29,262 bases of DNA from a virus. Taxonomy: Duplodnaviria; Caudoviricetes. Under the pieces are notes generated by a model that was not told where the DNA came from, did no database searches, and saw only the letters and a program-made list of their open reading frames with translations. Positions 1-5,909 of this stretch are shown piece after piece; within the stretch, counting starts at the first letter, position 1; every line of letters begins with the position of its first letter. Location of the stretch: the IMG/VR virus record IMGVR_UViG_3300035676_000033, positions 1 to 29,262 of that record, one strand, 5' to 3'. The position numbers and the translations under genes were made by a program.

Positions 1-92
1 AATTCATCGCCGCTGTAGCGGGCTTGCTCGATCAAGAGGCGCACCGGGAGGGCGCGATAGTGTGTGCGGTCGTGTGTCATTGTCATTGTCAT
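1..92 (-). CDS. Hypothetical early protein, partial (runs off left end)
   Basis: Read manually: AAGGAGCAA then ATG ACA ATG ACA ATG ACA CAC, giving MTMTMTHDRTHYRALPVRLLIEQARYSGDE; open to window edge; ATG at 86 has the best SD spacing. Confidence 0.65.
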   Translation of the reverse strand, partial: MTMTMTHDRTHYRALPVRLLIEQARYSGDE

Positions 93-120
93 TTGCTCCT
101 TTTGCTTTGATGGTTGCGGC

Positions 121-300
121 TTAGTTTGGTTGGTATGGGACAATGCGCCACGCGTACCATTTGTTTTGTTTCTGTAGCGCGGCGGCGCTTTTCTCCATAT
201 TATTGCGCCCGGCCGCCCACATGGTAAGCGAACTATCGCGCCATACGCGCGCGTTAGGGTCTGGCAGGTATTGCAACCGGATGTGCGTTGCGTCGGTCAT
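121..300 (-). CDS. Hypothetical early protein (59 aa)
   Basis: ATG at 300 overlaps the upstream stop (ATGA coupling); MTDATHIRLQYLPDPNARVW...; same strand as operon. Confidence 0.65.
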   Translation of the reverse strand: MTDATHIRLQYLPDPNARVWRDSSLTMWAAGRNNMEKSAAALQKQNKWYAWRIVPYQPN

Positions 301-638
301 GCTGCAATGCTCCAATAATTGCCGGCGGCCCATTCCGCCTCTGTGTCGGTCATGATGAGGTGCGCCACGGCCGCGCGGTCGGCAGGCGTGAACATTTTAT
401 GCCATTTGTCGCCGGGTCCGCCGTGGTCGCGGACATAACAGCGCGCGGCAGTTTCCACAGCATAGATCATACCTTTGCGCGCTAGGGCGGCGTCATAGAC
501 GCCCTTGGCACGCTTACGTTCATATAGCTTGAACGTATATTCGGCTTCGCGCCATGCGTCGGCGCAGTTGGACATATAAAAGTAAAGTTCGCGCGCGGCT
601 TCGGACGGCTCGGCGGGGTGAAAGAATAAATTAGTCAT
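297..638 (-). CDS. Hypothetical early phage protein (113 aa)
   Basis: SD AGGAG 9 nt before ATG; helical-looking protein (ELYFYMSN...KRAKGVYD); lies directly downstream of the hammerhead. Confidence 0.8.
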   Translation of the reverse strand: MTNLFFHPAEPSEAARELYFYMSNCADAWREAEYTFKLYERKRAKGVYDAALARKGMIYAVETAARCYVRDHGGPGDKWHKMFTPADRAAVAHLIMTDTEAEWAAGNYWSIAA

Positions 639-653
639 GATCGTTTGCTCCTG

Positions 654-724
654 TGGCCTATCTCATCAGCGATAGTGGGCCATGCTATCGGACAGGCGGT
701 CGCATAGACCGCCTGTTTCGAATA
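654..724 (-). ncRNA. Hammerhead ribozyme, type II with loop I/3'-tail pseudoknot
   Basis: Minus strand reads UAUUC-GAA-ACAGGCGGUC-uaugc-GACCGCCUGU-C^-CGAUAG-cauggccca-CUAUCG-CUGAUGA-GAUA-GGCCA. Full core (GAAA, GUC, CUGAUGA), 10-bp stem III, 6-bp stem I, short stem II, UGGCC/GGCCA pseudoknot; predicted cut between 691 and 690. Confidence 0.92.
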
Positions 725-1330
725 TCAGCGTTCGATCATGGCGAGACGCTCACGCCATGCGTCGGCAGCGCCTTGCGCCTCTGCGTAGGATGATCGAATA
801 GGCATAAGCACCCCAAAGCAATCTGCGGTATGCCCAAATGTGATGGGCGTCGGCTGGTCGCCATTGTGATGGATTTGGCATGGCAACACAGACGCTTTTT
901 TCTTTCCAGCCAACAGATCGCCAATCTTGCCAAAGTCTGCGACGTAGGCAGGATTAAATTGCGCTGGCACTTGCGTCGGCTCTTTTTCCGGCATGGCGCG
1001 ACGCCAATCGGGGAAAGTGCCGTCAATCGGTCGGCATGAGACAACACCGACGCGCGTCTGCGTGATCTCGATCACATCGCCTTTATATCCATTCAAAGCC
1101 TGTTTGATTGCGTCGCGCGGAATAATCCAGCCGTCGAATGGCGCTTGATCGCCTAGGTCGATCTGCGCGCAGAACAGGCGATGGCCGTCTGTGGACACGA
1201 TAAAGCCTTTAGGGTCCACATAGACGCCGTTGAGATAGTAGCGCGCCTGTTCCGTAGACGCGCAGATCAGTGCCGCTTTGAGATAGGCAGTTGGGATTGT
1301 GAGAATTGCGTAATTGTCGGTCATTGTCAT
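725..1330 (-). CDS. DNA polymerase III beta (sliding clamp)-like protein, truncated (~200 aa)
   Basis: DnaN-type motifs RYYLNGV, STDGHRL, IDGTFPDWRR, FNPAYV and terminal VLMPIR; lacks the first clamp domain; SD AAGGAG, likely start at 1324. Confidence 0.8.
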   Translation of the reverse strand: MTMTDNYAILTIPTAYLKAALICASTEQARYYLNGVYVDPKGFIVSTDGHRLFCAQIDLGDQAPFDGWIIPRDAIKQALNGYKGDVIEITQTRVGVVSCRPIDGTFPDWRRAMPEKEPTQVPAQFNPAYVADFGKIGDLLAGKKKASVLPCQIHHNGDQPTPITFGHTADCFGVLMPIRSSYAEAQGAADAWRERLAMIER

Positions 1331-1337
1331 TTACTCC

Positions 1338-1427
1338 TTATTTTGAGTTGCGGATTGCGTCGGCGACTGCGTAAATCGCCAGTATGATGCCGAAAGTCAG
1401 CAGGGCGTGGAATAGATAATAAGTCAT
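1338..1427 (-). CDS. Small single-pass membrane protein (29 aa)
   Basis: Not in ORF track; AAGGAG 6 nt before ATG; MTYYLFHALLTFGIILAIYAVADAIRNSK; its stop overlaps the next SD. Confidence 0.7.
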   Translation of the reverse strand: MTYYLFHALLTFGIILAIYAVADAIRNSK

Positions 1428-1445
1428 GCGTTGCTCCTTAGTAAC

Positions 1446-1496
1446 TACCCTCAAACTACAGACTTTGAGGTTAGCGTCAAGCGTTATTTGAGGGTA
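1446..1496 (-). promoter_or_regulatory. Candidate sigma70 early promoter with overlapping inverted repeats
   Basis: TTGACG (1480-1475)-N16-TAGTTT (1458-1453); perfect IR TACCCTCAAA 1446-1455 / TTTGAGGGTA 1487-1496 plus TTTGAGG at 1464. Confidence 0.6.
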
Positions 1497-1525
1497 AAAT
1501 AAAAATAGTCATCCATTTTGCCCAA

Positions 1526-1998
1526 ATAGCCTAACTTTGACTATTTTCGCAGCAAGATTTGTTGCGGCATTTGATGGTGTGTTAGGCGAGCAATACGGTT
1601 GGGTAGTTTTTTGGGCGGTTTAGGCGCGCGGTTAGGCTATAAAACATTTGAGGATAGCCTAAATTTAGGGGCCGTTTTGCGCGGGCTTGAGGACCGGTTA
1701 GGCTATTTAGGCTATTGGATATGTCTTAAATTTAAAAAAAAGTGTTAGTTAAGAATGAGAATCAATAGCGCATAAATTCTGGCGACTGTAAGTTGATGAC
1801 CTAAATAGCCTAAATAGCCTAAACCGGGTCGCCCTGTGATGACACGCAAAAGAATTCCCGGTCGCCCTGTGATGACTTTGAGGGGAATACTTTGAGGTTA
1901 GCCTAAATGACCCAGACTTTACGTTAACGTAAACCAAGCTGGCACAAAACAAAACGCGCGCAATCGTCGCGCCCATAAAATGGTTTCGCATAGCCTAA
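1526..1998. repeat. ATAGCCTAA iteron-like repeat array; candidate replication origin
   Basis: Eight perfect 9-mers in both orientations (1526, 1632, 1654, 1698, 1707, 1805, 1814, 1990); 19-bp perfect IR 1698-1716 / 1804-1822 around an AT-rich core. Confidence 0.75.
1827..1876. repeat. 17-bp direct repeat GGTCGCCCTGTGATGAC x2
   Basis: Exact copies at 1827-1843 and 1860-1876 (33-bp period). Confidence 0.9.
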
Positions 1999-2150
1999 AC
2001 CGCCCAACGCAAATGACCGCGCCCAAATCCTGCGCAGAAATGTTAATGCTTTTTGCTGGCAGCTTGCGAGGCCGGGGGGTGGGGGCCGAGCGCGGGGTGA
2101 CTGTCACGGGCTGGGTACGCAAACAATTTTTGCAGAAAAATATTTTTGAA

Positions 2151-2185
2151 ATTTTTTATTTTTTATTTTTTATTTTTTATTTTTT
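2151..2185. repeat. (ATTTTTT)x5 tandem repeat
   Basis: Five exact 7-bp units, preceded by a G-tract cluster at 2074-2115. Confidence 0.9.
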
Positions 2186-2286
2186 AAAAAACCGCTGTCC
2201 CATCCCGACAACGCAAATGGCTTTTCAGTATATAGTCAAGGTCGGGGGAGGCGCGGCGGCATATTCGGGGTGTGTCGTCGCGCCAC

Positions 2287-2322
2287 TTGCATCCAAGACC
2301 AAATGCAACTATTATGCTGCGC
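2287..2322 (+). promoter_or_regulatory. Candidate sigma70 promoter giving a leaderless terS mRNA
   Basis: TTGCAT 2287-2292, N17, TATTAT 2310-2315, 7 nt, ATG 2323; no SD; TTGCAT/ATGCAA inverted repeat overlaps it. Confidence 0.6.
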
Positions 2323-2829
2323 ATGACATTCTATTCCCTGCCGTTCACACCGGAGCGCCCACAGGCGACTGAGGCGCGGTTAGAAAAAATATACGAAGCT
2401 GCAAAGTTCGGCCTGAAGGGCGACAGCCTTGCGCTGGCCTCTGGCTTGACCCCAGCGCAGTACCGCCGTCTGGCAGAGTTCGACCCGCTGGTGGAGATGG
2501 CCGAGCAAAAGGGCCGCGCTGAGGGCGAGTACGTCGCGGCTAAGACCCTGCACGCGGCAGCCGCTGACGGCGACAGCAAAGCTGCCCTTGAGATACTTAA
2601 GCATCAGCACGGCTGGAAAGCAGCGCAGTCTGTAGAGATCACAGTTGAAGGCCAAATTTCCGTAATTGCAGCTTTGGAAAAAGCGCAAAAACGTGTTATA
2701 GAAGGTATCTATTCGGAAGTGGAGGACGCGCCAACGTCCTCCGCCTTCCTAACCGACCAACAAAAAGGACTTGTTGATGGCTACGACTTTACTAACGCAA
2801 AAACACCTGAAAAGTCTACTGACGTATGA
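2323..2829 (+). CDS. terS: Terminase small subunit (putative)
   Basis: Position upstream of terL; N-terminal HTH-like segment, GD.KAALEILK..HGW motif and VEITVE strand typical of TerS; start chosen at ATG 2323. Confidence 0.7.
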   Translation: MTFYSLPFTPERPQATEARLEKIYEAAKFGLKGDSLALASGLTPAQYRRLAEFDPLVEMAEQKGRAEGEYVAAKTLHAAAADGDSKAALEILKHQHGWKAAQSVEITVEGQISVIAALEKAQKRVIEGIYSEVEDAPTSSAFLTDQQKGLVDGYDFTNAKTPEKSTDV

Positions 2830-3286
2830 CGCCGAGACAGGTGAGTTTCGCTGGCGCATAAAACGGTCTAACCGCGCGCTAAAAGGCAGCATAGCGGGCT
2901 GCGCAGACAAATATGGCTACATAGTCATCCGCATCGACAATACGCTGTATAAAGCCCATCGTTTGGCGTGGCTTTACGAATATGGCGCCTTTCCATCTAA
3001 AAACATTGATCATATCAATCAAAACCCCGGCGACAACCGCATCGCTAACCTGCGTGAAGTAAACCAGCACGAGAATAACCAAAACCGACGCGTGCAGCGT
3101 AGTTCGCGGTCTGGCGTCACAGGCGTTTCGTGGAACACCGCGCATGGACGCTGGCAGTCTCGCATATGGGTGCGCGGTCAATGTATTGGCTTAGGGATGC
3201 ACGAAACAAAAGAAGCTGCTATTGTAGCCCGCGCTAACGCCGAACGACGACTATACCCGTACAGGAACACGTATGCAGACGCCTAG
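2777..3286 (+). CDS. HNH homing endonuclease with C-terminal AP2-like domain
   Basis: YDAETGEFRW, KAHRLAW, IDHINQNPGDNRIANLRE (HNH), SGVTGVSW...WQSRIW...GLG (AP2); overlaps terS and terL. Confidence 0.92.
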   Translation: MATTLLTQKHLKSLLTYDAETGEFRWRIKRSNRALKGSIAGCADKYGYIVIRIDNTLYKAHRLAWLYEYGAFPSKNIDHINQNPGDNRIANLREVNQHENNQNRRVQRSSRSGVTGVSWNTAHGRWQSRIWVRGQCIGLGMHETKEAAIVARANAERRLYPYRNTYADA

Positions 3287-4799
3287 ATACAGTGCACAGG
3301 ATGAAACCGAACTTATGGCGCGTCTTTGGACGCCCCACATAAGCAATGACCCGCTTGCGTTTGTATTGCTGACATTTCCGTGGGGTGAAGAAGGGACGCC
3401 ACTCGCGCGTCACTCTGGCCCCCGCAAATGGCAGCGCGATATTTTGGCAGACCTGCGCGATCACATTAAAGCGAACAACGGCAAGGTTGATTTTGATACG
3501 TTTCGGATGGCGGTGGCGTCAGGACGCGGGATTGGTAAGTCGGCGCTAGTTAGCTGGCTTGTCATCTGGATGATGTCTACCCGAATCGGTGGGTCTGTGA
3601 TTGTATCAGCTAACTCCGAAGCGCAGTTGCGGTCTGTTACTTGGGCCGAAATTACAAAATGGTTAGCTATGTCGTTGAATAGCCATTGGTTTGAGATAGC
3701 CGCTACGCGTATTATGCCCGCTAAATGGCTGACCGAAATCGTAGAGCGCGAATTGCGAAAGGGCACACGCTATTGGTCTGTTGAAGGCCGTCTTTGGTCG
3801 GAAGAAAACCCCGACGCGTATGCTGGTTTACACAATGAAGATGGCGTTATGCTGATATTCGACGAAGCAAGCGGTATTCCAGACAGCATCTGGTCGGTTA
3901 GTGATGGCTTCTTCACGGAGAATACGCCGCATCGCTTCCATCTGGCGTTCTCCAACCCGCGTCGCAACACGGGTTACTTCTACGAAACGTTTAACTCCAA
4001 GCGGGCGTTCTGGCGCACACGCAACATCGACGCGCGCACAGTCGAAGGAACCGACAAGAACGTCTATCAGCGCATCATCGACGAGTATGGGGCTGACAGC
4101 TACCAAGCCAATGTTGAAGTTTATGGACAGTTTCCAAGCGAAGGCGATGATCAGTTCATCGGTGTCAGCTTGGTCGATGACGCCATGCGGCGCCCCAAGC
4201 ACAAAGACAACTCAGCGCCCATCGCAATCGGTGTTGATCCGGCACGCTTCGGCAGCGACGCGACCGTCATCGCCATCCGACAGGGGCGTGACATCGTCGA
4301 GATACGCCGCCTGCGCGGTGCGGACACGATGGAAGTCGTCGGGCACGTCATTGAGGCTATTGAAGAGTTCAACCCGGCCATCACCGTGATCGACGAAGGC
4401 GGGCTGGGCGCAGGCGTCGTAGATCGGCTAAAGGAGCAGCGGTACAAGATCAGGGGCGTCAACTTCGGCAATAAGGCCATGAAGCAACTCATGTACGGCA
4501 ACAAGCGTGCGGAGATGTGGGGCGCGATGCGGGAATGGCTCAAAGATGCCCACCTGCCCAACGATAGGTTCCTGAAGTCGGACCTGATCGGGCCGCGCAT
4601 CAAGCCTGACAGCAAGGGGACGATCTTCCTCGAAAGCAAGAAGGATATGAAGGCCCGCGGGCTGGCCTCACCGGACGCCGCAGACGCCATCGCGGTGACG
4701 TTCGCGTTCCCGCTGGCAAGCAGAGAAGCGCGCGTTGACAAGAAGCGCGTAGGGGCGTATTCTTCAGGTGGAATTGCTACATCTTGGATGGGGTCGTAA
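3273..4799 (+). CDS. terL: Terminase large subunit
   Basis: Walker A SGRGIGKS, Walker B LIFDEAS, coupling motif FSNP, nuclease motifs GVDPARFGSD and SPDAADA. Confidence 0.95.
   Translation: MQTPRYSAQDETELMARLWTPHISNDPLAFVLLTFPWGEEGTPLARHSGPRKWQRDILADLRDHIKANNGKVDFDTFRMAVASGRGIGKSALVSWLVIWMMSTRIGGSVIVSANSEAQLRSVTWAEITKWLAMSLNSHWFEIAATRIMPAKWLTEIVERELRKGTRYWSVEGRLWSEENPDAYAGLHNEDGVMLIFDEASGIPDSIWSVSDGFFTENTPHRFHLAFSNPRRNTGYFYETFNSKRAFWRTRNIDARTVEGTDKNVYQRIIDEYGADSYQANVEVYGQFPSEGDDQFIGVSLVDDAMRRPKHKDNSAPIAIGVDPARFGSDATVIAIRQGRDIVEIRRLRGADTMEVVGHVIEAIEEFNPAITVIDEGGLGAGVVDRLKEQRYKIRGVNFGNKAMKQLMYGNKRAEMWGAMREWLKDAHLPNDRFLKSDLIGPRIKPDSKGTIFLESKKDMKARGLASPDAADAIAVTFAFPLASREARVDKKRVGAYSSGGIATSWMGS
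4735..4763 (+). promoter_or_regulatory. Near-consensus sigma70 promoter inside the terL 3' end
   Basis: TTGACA 4735-4740, N17, TATTCT 4758-4763; 36 nt upstream of the ATG at 4799. Confidence 0.7.
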
Positions 4800-5065
4800 T
4801 GCCCGATAAGAAAAAGTCCGTATCGCTGGCTGTTGGACGCGGTGAAAAACTGCCCGTGTCCAAAGGCGCGGGGCTGACTGCTAAGGGCCGTGCCAAGTAT
4901 AACGCTGCTACAGGCTCCAAACTGAAGGCGCCAGCACCCAACCCGAAGACAAAAGCTGATGCAGGGCGCAAAGCGTCGTTCTGCGCACGCATGGGTGCTG
5001 TTGCTGCCAAGGCTAAGAACGGCGAACGTGCTAAAGCTAGTCTGAAAAGGTGGAAATGCTCATGA
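4799..5065 (+). CDS. Small basic phage protein (88 aa; resembles DUF6321)
   Basis: TAATG coupling with terL; GAGLTAKGRAKYN...LKAP...RKASFCARM...SLKRWKC. Confidence 0.8.
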   Translation: MPDKKKSVSLAVGRGEKLPVSKGAGLTAKGRAKYNAATGSKLKAPAPNPKTKADAGRKASFCARMGAVAAKAKNGERAKASLKRWKCS

Positions 5066-5211
5066 AACCGGGTCTATACGCCAACATTCACGCTAAAAAA
5101 GCCCGCATAAAGGCTGGATCAGGCGAAAAAATGCGCAAACCGGGCACCAAGGGGGCACCAACCGCTAAAGCGTTCCGCGATAGCGCCAAAACAGCTAAGA
5201 AAGGCAAGTAA
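5062..5211 (+). CDS. Small Lys-rich protein (49 aa)
   Basis: Not in ORF track; ATGA-coupled; MKPGLYANIHAKKARIKAGSGEKMRKPGTKGAPTAKAFRDSAKTAKKGK. Confidence 0.85.
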   Translation: MKPGLYANIHAKKARIKAGSGEKMRKPGTKGAPTAKAFRDSAKTAKKGK

Positions 5212-5487
5212 ATGGCTATGAAACCCAGTGGATTTAAGCCGATGCGGGGCAAAAGCCTCACGATGAAGATCGGCCCAGCCAAACCAATGCCTAAGCCAGC
5301 CAAACCGCTGTCTAAAACGGCGGCTGCACCGGCTAAACCAGCCAAGTACGGCATTGCCGCACCCGTCACACCCGGCAAACTAGCCCGTTCGCCTGAGAAG
5401 GACGATGTGTTGATGGCACGCCGCGGCCCCGACATCATCCGCACGACCGTGCGTGAGCGCACGACACCGGCTAAAAAGGGCAAATAA
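5212..5487 (+). CDS. Lys/Pro/Ala-rich basic protein (91 aa)
   Basis: Abuts previous stop; PAKP repeats; ends PAKKGK. Confidence 0.75.
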   Translation: MAMKPSGFKPMRGKSLTMKIGPAKPMPKPAKPLSKTAAAPAKPAKYGIAAPVTPGKLARSPEKDDVLMARRGPDIIRTTVRERTTPAKKGK

Positions 5488-5489
5488 CC

Positions 5490-5633
5490 ATGCCTTTGGT
5501 AAAATCGACCAGCAAGCCCGCGTTTCGCAAGAACATAAAGGCTGAAGTAAAAGCTGGTAAACCCATCAAGCAAGCCGTAGCTATTGCCTATTCGGTCAAG
5601 CGCGAAGCTGCCAAGAAGGGCAAAAAGAAGTAA
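5490..5633 (+). CDS. Small Lys-rich protein (47 aa)
   Basis: Not in ORF track; MPLVKSTSKPAFRKNIKAEVKAGKPIKQAVAIAYSVKREAAKKGKKK; KQAVAIAY motif recalled from small phage proteins. Confidence 0.85.
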   Translation: MPLVKSTSKPAFRKNIKAEVKAGKPIKQAVAIAYSVKREAAKKGKKK

Positions 5634-5636
5634 GCT

Positions 5637-5909
5637 ATGCGATTTAAGCCTCTCAGCAACTGCATTCTGGTGGAACGCGACACGGCGGAACAGACCGGCA
5701 GCATCATCTTGCTTAGTCAAAAGCCGATGTACACTGGCGTCATCAAGGCTGCTGGCCCCGGAAAGAAGCTGACTAACGGTAATCTTGAGCCTATGGATGT
5801 CGAAGTAGGTGACCACATCATGTTCGGTGAGTATACTGGTCAGCCTGTAACCGTAGACGGCGTAGAGTATCTGATGATGCGCGCCAATGAAGCGATAGGT
5901 GTACTTTAA
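5637..5909 (+). CDS. groES: Co-chaperonin GroES (Cpn10)
   Basis: FKPLSNCILV, GSIIL, G.IKAAGPGK, PMDVEVGDHIMFGEYTG, VDGVEYLMMR..EAIGV match the Cpn10 pattern. Confidence 0.92.
   Translation: MRFKPLSNCILVERDTAEQTGSIILLSQKPMYTGVIKAAGPGKKLTNGNLEPMDVEVGDHIMFGEYTGQPVTVDGVEYLMMRANEAIGVL

Noticed and set aside
691-719. Intrinsic terminator after the clamp-like gene
   Set aside because: No U-tract on the coding (minus) strand; the hairpin is stem III of the hammerhead
1827-1876. Possible mini CRISPR array
   Set aside because: Only two 17-bp repeats with a 16-bp gap; too short, and no cas operon
1749-2372. ORFs across the repeat region (1749-1991, 1919-2122, 1980-2372)
   Set aside because: Translations of repeats and T-tracts (e.g. 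FYFLFFIFYFL) with no SD; region better explained as non-coding
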